DNA of 32,000 bases from positions 8,128 to 40,127 of the forward strand of contig DATAWY010000026.1 in assembly GCA_036266955.1 (NCBI GenBank), written 5' to 3'. Under the pieces are notes generated by a model, which was given only the letters and a program-made list of their open reading frames with translations, was not told the DNA's origin and did no database searches. Below, piece after piece: positions 8,641-16,667 of the stretch; the first letter of the stretch is position 1, and each line of letters opens with the position of its first letter. The stretch is from Rhizomicrobium sp. (GTDB taxonomy: Bacteria > Pseudomonadota > Alphaproteobacteria > Micropepsales > Micropepsaceae). A program made the translations under genes and the position numbers.

Positions 8641-8730
8641 CCGAGCGGCTGAAGGCGCACGCCTGGAAAGTGTGTAGACGGTGACGAATCGTCTCGAGGG
8701 TTCGAATCCCTCCCTGTCCGCCATTTATCG
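8641..8730 (+). tRNA. tRNA-Ser (anticodon GGA)
   Basis: I folded the cloverleaf by hand. The acceptor stem is GGACAGG/CCTGTCC, and the anticodon stem is CACGC/GTGTG with loop CTGGAAA. There is a long variable arm (type II tRNA), and the T-arm is GAGGG-TTCGAAT-CCCTC. The discriminator is G, and CCA is encoded at 8731-8733. Confidence 0.95.
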
Positions 8731-8735
8731 CACTA
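8720..8735 (+). repeat. attL core (direct repeat CTCCCTGTCCGCCATT; overlaps the tRNA-Ser 3' end)
   Basis: An exact 16-nt copy is found at 15855-15870. Confidence 0.75.
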
Positions 8736-8819
8736 AGATACTGTAAATGCACATAAATTTGGCGTCGCGGTTTCAACGCCCAACATTAAAACCCACAATT
8801 CGAGCCGGATTGCCCCGGT

Positions 8820-9023
8820 TTAGGGGCGGCGAAGCAATATCTCTGGTTCGATCCTCAGCGCCTTCGCCAGTCGCGCGAGTGCCTTGACGCTTGGATTGCG
8901 GGTACCCCGCTCCATATCGCTTACGTAGCTTCGCTTCATGCCGGTTTCTAGCGCCAGTTCCTCTTGCGACATTCCTTTTTCCGAGCGCAAGCGGCGAATA
9001 TTTCGGCCAAGAATCTGCGGCAA
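8820..9023 (-). CDS. XRE-family helix-turn-helix transcriptional regulator
   Basis: ILGRNIRRLRSEKGMSQEELALETGMKRSYVSDMERGTRNPSVKALARLAKAL is a classic HTH_XRE pattern. The ORF track starts at a TTG at 9080. I prefer the in-frame TTG at 9023 (MPQILGRNIRRL), but the start is uncertain. Confidence 0.8.
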   Translation of the reverse strand: MPQILGRNIRRLRSEKGMSQEELALETGMKRSYVSDMERGTRNPSVKALARLAKALRIEPEILLRRP

Positions 9024-9110
9024 TCCATCGCCGCAGTTGGCGAAAATCTTGGTCTGGAATCTGTCCCCTAACCGTGTCAATTTGAGTTTTGACCCAAATC
9101 GGGGGGAGAT

Positions 9111-10166
9111 ATGCGACTGCGTCTTGCCGCATTGCTGTTGATTGAAACTACCTCATTCGCTCTGGCGCAGCCCTCTGCGGCCGACAAAGCGGCCGACGCG
9201 CAAAGAGTGGCAGATGCACAGGTGAGAGTCTGTGAGCAGCTTGTCGATTGCCGCAATGCGAAATTTCGCTACGGCAAAATCCTAACGTATCAAGGCAACT
9301 CCGCCGCTTGCGGTGAAGTCGCGTTCGGCAAGAACACGGATGGCGATCCGGATTATCAGGTTTGGATCGTTCTTATAGGAATATTAACACCCGCAATGCT
9401 CGAAAGCTCGTACCCTCAGTCCACGCGTGAAAAGATACATGCGGGGCCGTGTTCTCAAGCAACACCTGACCAAGTTCCTGCCCCAACACTTCCTACAACG
9501 GCGGCCGACCAGAAAAACGGCCATGAGTACGATTTCAGAGGTGCAAAACTTGGTATGCCCCTCGACGAGTTTAGAACTCTACGCTTCCCTGACGCGGCCA
9601 CAACATCGCAACAGTCGGTCAACGCTGACAATACGATAGGCGGCATTCCAACAATTTGGGGCGTCGCACTCTTTTGTTCGTCACAACATTACAAGGACGC
9701 TCCGGAATTGCGCCTTGAGGATTATGAAATCGATGCAGGTGAAATTAAATGCGCATATTACCAATATCTTCTAGGAACGTGGATGCAAGCGACACTTGCT
9801 ATTGGAACAAGCGGTTATTCAACAATGCCCAGCTATTACTTTATTCGTGATCCGCTTGATCAAATTCCACGGTTATATTCCATCAACGCCATCACAAACA
9901 ACAACGCCGCAGCCAACGCTCTTGAAGGACTGAAAGAAAAATTCGGGCTCCCAACAAAGTACGTGAGCAACACCGTACAAAATGCAATGGGGGCAAGCTT
10001 TCCGCATATCAGTGCCAGTTGGAAAAGTCCACTCTCTACTATTCAATTCGAAGCGCCCTACAACGAGATAGACAAAATGGCGATCATCTACACTGAAAAT
10101 CGACTTTTTTCCTACGCACACTCTGCCGAGGAGAAAGCAAAGGGTTCATCTGGGGGAAAAATGTAG
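9111..10166 (+). CDS. Secreted hypothetical protein (island cargo)
   Basis: The ATG is preceded by GGGGGGAGA. The N-terminus MRLRLAALLLIETTSFALA-QP is signal-peptide-like. The gene is AT-rich and contains several Cys residues. I recognise no family. Confidence 0.6.
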   Translation: MRLRLAALLLIETTSFALAQPSAADKAADAQRVADAQVRVCEQLVDCRNAKFRYGKILTYQGNSAACGEVAFGKNTDGDPDYQVWIVLIGILTPAMLESSYPQSTREKIHAGPCSQATPDQVPAPTLPTTAADQKNGHEYDFRGAKLGMPLDEFRTLRFPDAATTSQQSVNADNTIGGIPTIWGVALFCSSQHYKDAPELRLEDYEIDAGEIKCAYYQYLLGTWMQATLAIGTSGYSTMPSYYFIRDPLDQIPRLYSINAITNNNAAANALEGLKEKFGLPTKYVSNTVQNAMGASFPHISASWKSPLSTIQFEAPYNEIDKMAIIYTENRLFSYAHSAEEKAKGSSGGKM

Positions 10167-10291
10167 CAAACATGGAATTCGCTTGCGATGCATGGTAGGG
10201 CTAAATCGGTCCAAATTGAGTTTTTACGTTGTTTCAAACTCGTTAGAGCTAGCGGTAACACTTCGACAGGCTCTAAGCAAAAGAGGCATTT

Positions 10292-10789
10292 ATGCAAAAC
10301 ACTATTGCAATCTGCATCTTGTTTTCCATTTCATTCGTTCCCACTGAGCCGGCGTTAGCAGACTGGCAATACGCCCATTGGGGCATGACACCTTCACAGG
10401 TAGCCACAGCGTCAAGCGGCGCAGCCGCAGAAAGCGCTGGGCAACCGGGTGATCAATTAGACGGCTACGTAATCGGCGATATAGGCCGATATTCATCGGG
10501 CGAATATCATTTCAGATCGATCTACTATTTCGACAAGCGTGGACTCGCGATGATTGAGCTGACCCTGAACGGAGCGGGTTACGATGAATGCATCGCTGTT
10601 CAACTTGATTTGGAAGGGCGCTACGGAAGGCCGTATGACAGAGACGGCACTTCGGTCACTTACGGAGCCACATGGCAAGACGCGAAGGCAAACAACTTCG
10701 TATCGATTGAAACTATTGGGCGTGGCGAATCTGCTACTTGTTCGATCAGATATAGACCGTTAAAAACGAACAGCGCAAACGGATTATGA
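10292..10789 (+). CDS. Secreted hypothetical protein (island cargo)
   Basis: The N-terminus MQNTIAICILFSISFVPTEPALA-DW is signal-like. The protein shares the motif style (W)GM(T/P)..(V/F) and L...(F/Y)G.P with the C-terminal half of the preceding protein. Confidence 0.6.
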   Translation: MQNTIAICILFSISFVPTEPALADWQYAHWGMTPSQVATASSGAAAESAGQPGDQLDGYVIGDIGRYSSGEYHFRSIYYFDKRGLAMIELTLNGAGYDECIAVQLDLEGRYGRPYDRDGTSVTYGATWQDAKANNFVSIETIGRGESATCSIRYRPLKTNSANGL

Positions 10790-10823
10790 TGAAAATACCT
10801 TTTTAAGCAAAGACCATCCAATT

Positions 10824-11267
10824 TCACTCTTGTACAGAATCCAGCGCGCGTTTAATTAAGGCGCGACGACGCTGCGCGTCGATTAATTCTCCGGCTTCTT
10901 CGAATGACATCTCAGCGTAATCAATGTTTGGTTCTTGCTCTCGTTGCAGAATGAGTTCGCGCGGGACAAGCGCACCGACTAGGCGAAGGTAGGTTGCAGG
11001 ATCATCCGTGCGCAGACGAGCAATGGCGTCCGCACCATGTTCCGCAAAGTCAGCGACAATCACCGACAGGAACAATTCAGTAAGGCGGTTCCTCGCACCT
11101 TTTGGCCTTCCGCCACCGCTATTGCCGGTTAGAAAACGGCCCTTTTCGTCGCGCGCCGCAGGAGCATCCCCCTCTGCTAATCCTGCTAAGGGGGCCAACT
11201 GGTTCGCAGCTCTAGCGGGATTAGCTGACGGCCAAGGCTTTTGTTCACCCACGGCAACAGTCTCCAT
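10824..11267 (-). CDS. DUF5681-like phage/island protein
   Basis: GRFLTGNSGGGRPKGARNRLTE matches the G-R-F-x-x-G-x-S-G-N-P-x-G-R-P-K-G motif I associate with DUF5681. The start is uncertain, since the gene overlaps the upstream ORF by ~80 nt. Confidence 0.55.
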   Translation of the reverse strand: METVAVGEQKPWPSANPARAANQLAPLAGLAEGDAPAARDEKGRFLTGNSGGGRPKGARNRLTELFLSVIVADFAEHGADAIARLRTDDPATYLRLVGALVPRELILQREQEPNIDYAEMSFEEAGELIDAQRRRALIKRALDSVQE

Positions 11268-12783
11268 GCTTCTTTGCGCGGCGCACCATCAATCACCGTG
11301 CCCGGCGCCATGCGTTCGATCCAGCCGTGTTCCTCCAATATCTCGACGGCCTTACGGGCCGTCTTAGCGTCTCGCATCGCCCCTGGCCCGCGTTGGTAGA
11401 TCAGCGCCAGATAAACCAGAGGCGAAAGTTGTGCCTGCCACCACGTCAATAGACGCTGCGCTAAACGAAGTTCTGGCGTCACAGACGCACCGCCATGAAG
11501 GCGTAGCATCTCGTTTGCATAGTGCGTCGCAAGAGCGATACCCGACTGCATCGCAGTCAACGATACTTCCATCGCGTCGGGGTATCGTAAACGGTCAATA
11601 CAGCGGCTAACCGTCCTGCATGTTCAGCAAGCTTGGCCGCAAATGCACGTATTGGAACAAGAACGCCTTCGGTCGCAATTGCACCCTCGCAACTGTCGTG
11701 AAATGAAATCCATGCTCGCACCGCGTCGGAATGCAGCCGCATAGTCGGAGGGTCTAAGACATCCTCCATATCTGTTCGCGTGACCGTAGGCTTCAACAAA
11801 AGGTAACGCAGTCGATCATTGTAGCTTTCCAGTGCATCCGCCGCTCCATGCGGAGCTTCACGGAAGAACCGCGTTCCTGCCGTCGTGTCTGGTGCAACGA
11901 TCAACATTCGCGCAATCAATCCAATACCGTCAAATAGTACATCTCCCAACAGCCGTTCGGCAACTATGGGCTGCAACATAATATGGGCGCTGCAACGCCG
12001 GCCCGGCAGGAACGTCACGCCAGTACCGACGCGTCGCCGTCTGATCGCCTCACCATCCCACAAGGTATTGAACAACGCGGCGGTTCGCATTCTGCTTTCA
12101 TCATTGAAGGCTGCGCCTCCGATTAACAAGCCGCCTTCGGCCGTGAATACGCCCGCCATGGGGCGTCCTTCGGCAAGATGCAGCGTCAACGCTTCGGGCG
12201 TCGGATCAGCGATGAGCAACATGGGATGCGGCGGCGCCTTAGGCTCCGGGCCAACCGTTTCAAGAGCCGCGCAAAGACCGACCATGTCGCCTTTTTTTGT
12301 CCGTTTGGCGTGGTCACGCGCAGTCTCCCAAGCCTCCTTCGCGTTCACAAACATTTGCCGTTCACTTTGCGATTTCTGACGCCACTCACCTTCAACGCGA
12401 TAGACGGCCGCCAAAGCAATACGATCCACGCTCGATTTACGTTCGCCACTGTCCGCAACGGATATGAAGATGGCAGTAAGAGGCTTCTGCCCACCACCGG
12501 GCAACGTCACGTCCCGTTGCGCTTGAACAGCCAACGTAGCGGCGGCCAAGACAGATTGGGCAGCTATTGCAATTGGGGCTTGAGTTCGTTGGTGGATGGC
12601 GAATGTGGCGTCCCTCAAAGGTCCTAGTGCTTCCAACGGAAACTCCGGCGCGGACGATAGCGGGCGGAACAGAGGGCGCTTTTCGGGCGGCGCTCTAAGT
12701 TCAGCGGCGACAACTTGAGTAAGCTCCGTCGCATCTTTGGGAGACCAATTGGACGGGTCACAGTCCATTGCGAGCGCTCCCAT
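11186..12783 (-). pseudogene. DUF3987 (YfjI/P4-alpha helicase-like) protein, split by a frameshift near 11557-11575
   Basis: ORF 11557..12954 carries the DUF3987-like core (...LTAIFISVADSGERKSSVDRIAL...ADPTPEALTLHLAEG...) and ends ...VLTVYDTPTRWKYR*. ORF 11186..11572, in another frame, continues with MEVSLTAMQSGIALATHYANEMLRLHG...IYQRGPGAMRDAKTARKAVEILEEHGWIE, the usual C-terminus of this family. The likely real start is M at 12783 or 12768. Confidence 0.7.
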
Positions 12784-13624
12784 AACCGACTTGAACGCCA
12801 CTACGCACCGTTGCGCTCGCCTCACGCACTGGTAATCCGGCTTGCCGGCCGGCTTCGGTGAGAAGTGCGATAGCGGTTTCAATCTGAATGCTGCCATCGC
12901 ACACGATTTCTCGCGCGCGACATGCTGCCCAATGAAGCGTTGAATTTCGTTCACCTTTCGGGGCAGACACTACCCTGCGAACAAGTCCGATCAGCCGCCG
13001 TTTTACGGGTCCGGCCCTTGTATCGTTGGGTTTCATGATTTTCACTGGTATGGCCACTGTCGCGGGCTTGACCATCAACGCAACGAGCCATTGCGGCACT
13101 TCTGGCAAGTTTCGGTTGCCAATCGCCTTCGCGAGTTGTTCCAATGAGCCGTTGGAGAGCGAGTAGCGACGGCAATCCGCCATAATCGAACCCGCCGCTA
13201 TGACATAGGCGTTGTCGCGAATATCAACCGCTGAAACGATTTTTGCTTTCGTTTGGCCCATTTCAGGCCAACGCTGGAACAAGCAATGAAGGCCGTCGCG
13301 TGGCGTTGATATGCATGGAACCGAATGCGGCTCAAAGCCGTGTAGCGCGAACAAATCGCAGAGGGTCGCAACGCCGTCACTATTTCCGTGCCTATCGGCA
13401 TCTATGACAACAACACTATTATCTTGGCATGGCAGGCCGACTATAGCATTGGGCCATGTCTTCCACCAACTAATGATCTGCTCTTCGCTGGCACTTGCGC
13501 TATGCCATCCGCCACCGACGTATGGAGCCTTTGCATTTCCGCTTTCGCTATCAACTTCGCGACATGGGAAAACCTTAACGCCCCATTTTGCGTAGCCGAG
13601 CGCAACCATTCCGTTGACCGTCAT
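12758..13624 (-). CDS. Bifunctional DNA primase/polymerase (Prim-Pol, N-terminal domain family)
   Basis: ALGYAKWGVKVFPC...GGWHSASASEEQI..WW...PNAIVGLPCQDNSVVVIDADRH...TPRDGLHCLF fits the archaeo-eukaryotic primase DxD and surrounding pattern. The start overlaps the upstream stop as ATGA. Confidence 0.8.
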   Translation of the reverse strand: MTVNGMVALGYAKWGVKVFPCREVDSESGNAKAPYVGGGWHSASASEEQIISWWKTWPNAIVGLPCQDNSVVVIDADRHGNSDGVATLCDLFALHGFEPHSVPCISTPRDGLHCLFQRWPEMGQTKAKIVSAVDIRDNAYVIAAGSIMADCRRYSLSNGSLEQLAKAIGNRNLPEVPQWLVALMVKPATVAIPVKIMKPNDTRAGPVKRRLIGLVRRVVSAPKGERNSTLHWAACRAREIVCDGSIQIETAIALLTEAGRQAGLPVREASATVRSGVQVGYGSARNGL

Positions 13625-13929
13625 TTTATCCCCGATCTCTTAAGTGTGGTCGGATCGATACCGCGTGAACGAAGAAATTCGACAATGGATCGATCGGTTT
13701 TGAGCGTCGGACAGTTGGGGGCAGTGAATAACGCACGAATTCGCATTCCGACCATACGCTTGACAACTACGAGATTAACTTCGCCCAGTACTCCGGTTCC
13801 ATCATCGGCGAACGGGATTGCCCACGATGGAAAGGGTCCATCTCCTGTTGTATAGCAACGAGCGCGAAAGCGACGGAACGGATTGGCAGCGAAAAACGCC
13901 TTGTCTGAACTTAGTGATGGCTCACGCAT
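13621..13929 (-). CDS. Hypothetical protein (island replication/regulation operon)
   Basis: This is the in-frame part of ORF 13621..14070, taken from M at 13929 (MREPSLSSDKAFF...). It is sandwiched between alpA and Prim-Pol with short overlaps at both ends. I recognise no family. Confidence 0.4.
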   Translation of the reverse strand: MREPSLSSDKAFFAANPFRRFRARCYTTGDGPFPSWAIPFADDGTGVLGEVNLVVVKRMVGMRIRALFTAPNCPTLKTDRSIVEFLRSRGIDPTTLKRSGIK

Positions 13930-14137
13930 CTCGCGTGTCCGAATTGGGCCGCGCCGGCATAGGCGCTGCACGCCCTTCAAGCCACGCCACGATGACGGAT
14001 TCGGGCCAACCGACAGCCCTCTTGCCGAGTTTGATCGGCTTCGGAAATTCGCCTTGGGCGATCCCTTCATAGATCGTGCTGCGGCTCAGACCGATTCGCA
14101 ATTCAACTTCGCGACGGCGCAGAATCCTATCGGTCAT
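13922..14137 (-). CDS. alpA: AlpA-family transcriptional regulator / excisionase-like
   Basis: ILRRREVELRIGLSRSTIYEGIAQGEFPKPIKLGKRAVGWPESVIVAWLE is the typical AlpA/Phage_AlpA pattern. Confidence 0.85.
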   Translation of the reverse strand: MTDRILRRREVELRIGLSRSTIYEGIAQGEFPKPIKLGKRAVGWPESVIVAWLEGRAAPMPARPNSDTRDA

Positions 14138-14500
14138 CCGATTCTCCCAAGTGCGTAAGCGGCGATGGAAGTTTCATCGCATTTCGTGGTCGGTGGATGG
14201 CTCTTGTTAGGGCAGTTAGCCGGTATGGTGCGCATGTGCTTTCTCCTCGCGCCGCGCGAGCGGCACTGTTCTGGTTCATGTTTTGAGAAAGCCCCGCAGG
14301 TCCTAAACCAACGAAGCGCGCTGGCCTTGCCAGAGCAAACCTTGGCGAACACGTCGCCTTTTCACTACTGCTTCGGACCGGCCTAGCCTTACTCGAATCG
14401 CAATAGCGAACTTCGGTATTATCCGGCCAGCAGACATGCGGTCAAGAGAAAACTTCGCGCGGCCGAACAAACTACAGGTTGGCAGTCGAGTAGTTAGCGC

Positions 14501-15722
14501 TCAGACCCTGCCGCGCATTCTGACAACGTTTTCGGAATTCAAGCTTAGGTATTGCGCCCAAGTGTTCATCAATTTACGCCGCTTTTCAAACAAGTCCGAC
14601 CGTGCGTAAGCGGCTTCGGCCTTATTAGCGATGATATGCGCAAGCGCGAATTCGCAGACTTCGCGGGGAAAATTCGTTTGCTCACCTGCCCAATCCCGAA
14701 ACGAAGAACGAAACCCGTGGGGCACTGCTTCAACTCAATTCTCTCAGCAACTTCGACAACGTTGCATCCGATAGCGGTTTTCCCTTCGACGTGCCGGGAA
14801 ATACGTGCCCACTCTCGCACTTGAGCATTTGCGCTGTTTTCAGAATTTCAAGGCAACGTGCGGAGAGCGGAACGCGATGCGGACGTTTAGCCTTCATTCT
14901 CTTTGCGGGGATGATCCATTCCGCCTTTTCAAGATCGATTTCATTCCACGATGCACCCCGCGTCTCTCCCGAACGCGTGGCCGTCAAAATCATAAATTCG
15001 AGCGCCAGTTTCGACGCAAGCGATGCTTCACTTGCGTTGACGCGCTCAATAGCGTTGGCAACTTCGCCGTATGGCAGTGCACTATGGTGATTTACGGTAG
15101 AACGATCATGCTTCGGAAGCGCCCTAGCGATTGCATCGGCAGGATTGTCGCTTCGCCAGCCTTGAGCGACGGCCCATTTCATAACAGACCCGATACGCTG
15201 CTTTACGCGACGGGCCGTTTCGGGCTTTGAATTCCATACTTGCGACAACGCCGACAGCACGTCAGCGGTAGTCACAACGTCAATCCGCTTATGGCCGAAG
15301 TGTGGGAACACGTATTCATTCAGCGTATTGATCCACTGCTGGCCATGCTTCGGGTTGCGCCATGTGGGCAAATGCAGAGCGTGGACCTTTTCGGCTGCAT
15401 CCTTGAACGTCATAATGGAGGCGAGTTGCCTACGGGAAGCAACGGGATCGCCACCCATTCGGGCCGTTTTTCTGTTTTGAAGCGCCGTATCCCTTGCGTC
15501 GGCGAGCGACACGATATTGGCCGCTCCTAACCCCAGATCGCGACGCTTCCCGTGGACGACAAGGCGTTGAACCCATCGTTTCGCGCCCGACGGGTCAACC
15601 TTTAGGTAGAGGCCATGACCATCGCCATAGAAGCCCGCCACGCTCACGTTGCGAACCGCTGCGGCCGACAACCTCTTTTCCTTGTGTTGGCCCTGTGACT
15701 TCGTGCCCATGGTGTATCCCAC
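14501..15722 (-). pseudogene. int: P4-type tyrosine integrase, interrupted by a frameshift at ~14725-14732
   Basis: ORF 14730..15722 has a DUF4102-like N-terminus (GFYGDGHGLYLKVDPSGAKRWVQRLVVHGKRRDLGLG), a SAM-like domain, and TATRSGETRGASWNEIDL with the catalytic Arg. It ends LLRELS*. ORF 14501..14725, in a different frame, carries (V)PHGFRSSFRDWAGE...AAYARSD with the HxxR motif and catalytic Tyr. Confidence 0.85.
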
Positions 15723-15761
15723 ATTCCGCCCAACAATTTCGGCCGGAAGTTAGCGGTACAC

Positions 15762-15828
15762 TTGGGAATGCTCAAGCATAATTTTGGGAATTGTCGCGGT
15801 TTTAGCGAGGTTTTTGGGATTGCCCCGG
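15762..15828 (+). repeat. Direct repeats between the int start and attR (candidate arm-type recombinase sites)
   Basis: TTGGGAAT occurs at 15762-15769 and 15784-15791, and TTGGGATT at 15814-15821. GGATTGCCCCGG at 15817-15828 is repeated exactly at 8807-8818, just inside attL. Confidence 0.5.
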
Positions 15829-15854
15829 ACTTTGCCGGTATTGAGTGCAGCGGA

Positions 15855-15870
15855 CTCCCTGTCCGCCATT
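15855..15870 (+). repeat. attR core (direct repeat CTCCCTGTCCGCCATT)
   Basis: This is an exact copy of 8720-8735, the tRNA-Ser 3' end. Confidence 0.75.
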
Positions 15871-15925
15871 GTTTCGCTCAAACATTCCCCCGGCCGCCCC
15901 AGGACCGAGGGAATCAGACGAACTG

Positions 15926-16528
15926 TCAGGCGTGCTTTGCCAGCTCGTGCTCCACATGCGCCCAGTTCACCAGGTGATCGAGGAACGTTTCCACGAAGTC
16001 CGGCCGGCGGTTCTGGAAATCCAGATAATAGGCGTGCTCCCAGACATCGCAGGTCAGCAGAGCGGCCGAGCCCAGGGCAAGCGGATTGACCGCATTGGGA
16101 GTCTTGATGACCTTGAGCTGATTGCCCTCGCGGACCAGCCAGCCCCACCCGCTGCCGAACTGGCCGACGCAGGCATTCTTGAATTCTTCCCGGAACTTGT
16201 CATAGCCGCCAAAGTTCCGCTCCAGCGCCTGGGCCACCTCCCCGTCGGGACGGCCGCCGCCGCCGGGCTTCATCGAGTTCCAGAAGAACGTGTGATTCCA
16301 GACCTGTGCCACGTTGTTGAAGATCGCGGTTTTCGAGTCATCATGGGCCGTCGCGCGGATCACATCCTCCACGGGCCTGCCCTCGAGCGGCGTGCCCTGG
16401 ACGAGCCGGTTCGCGTTGTCGACATAGGCCTTGTGATGCTTGTCATGGTGGAACTCAAGCGTCCTGGCCGACATATGCGGTTCGAGCGCATTCTTCTCAT
16501 AGGGCAGAGGCGGAAGTTCGAAAGTCAT
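15926..16528 (-). CDS. sodB: Fe-type superoxide dismutase
   Basis: The product reads MTFELPPLPYEKNALEPHMSARTLEFHHDKHHKAYVDN...FNNVAQVWNHTFFWNSM...DVWEHAYYLDFQNRRPDF. The start is chosen at 16528 with GAGGAC upstream. The N-terminal 24 aa of ORF ..16600 are discounted. Confidence 0.95.
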   Translation of the reverse strand: MTFELPPLPYEKNALEPHMSARTLEFHHDKHHKAYVDNANRLVQGTPLEGRPVEDVIRATAHDDSKTAIFNNVAQVWNHTFFWNSMKPGGGGRPDGEVAQALERNFGGYDKFREEFKNACVGQFGSGWGWLVREGNQLKVIKTPNAVNPLALGSAALLTCDVWEHAYYLDFQNRRPDFVETFLDHLVNWAHVEHELAKHA

Positions 16529-16667
16529 CTTGTCCTCGCTTCGTTTGGGGCGAAAGGGCCGCGCCTTGCATACAGGGTTTGCGGGTCCGTCGATCGACAA
16601 TTACCGGCAATGGCCGGCGCCCTCAAGCGCCACTTGCGACGTTCTCTTGCCGGCACGTTCGGAGCCG

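Larger units (their letters stand above)
8720..15870. mobile_element. tRNA-Ser-integrated genomic island / P4-like integrative element (~7.1 kb), apparently decaying
   Basis: A 16-bp direct repeat flanks the segment. By eye, 8736-15850 is clearly AT-richer than the flanks. The segment carries int, alpA, Prim-Pol, DUF3987 and DUF5681 genes. Core-type genes lie on both sides (tRNA-Ser and sodB). Confidence 0.8.

Noticed and set aside
11186-11267. 82-nt overlap between the DUF3987 C-terminal ORF and the DUF5681 ORF, considered as a third frameshift
   Set aside because: The DUF5681 homology begins well downstream (GRFLTGNSGGGRPKGA), so a later start codon or a slightly extended DUF3987 tail explains the overlap without a further lesion.
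15884-15914. Hairpin (ATTCCC...GGGAAT) between attR and the sodB stop, considered as the sodB terminator
   Set aside because: The stem is short and imperfect, and there is no clear U-tract on the minus strand. That is insufficient support for a feature call.
16529-16600. N-terminal extensions in the ORF track, e.g. sodB to 16600, btuB to 26480, halogenase to 29559, GT2 to 6872, membrane protein to 7893, ATP-grasp to 1745, Tyr-rich protein to 19594
   Set aside because: Family-typical N-termini, signal peptides and Shine-Dalgarno-like sequences sit at internal start codons. The extensions overlap regulatory RNA, repeats or neighbouring genes.
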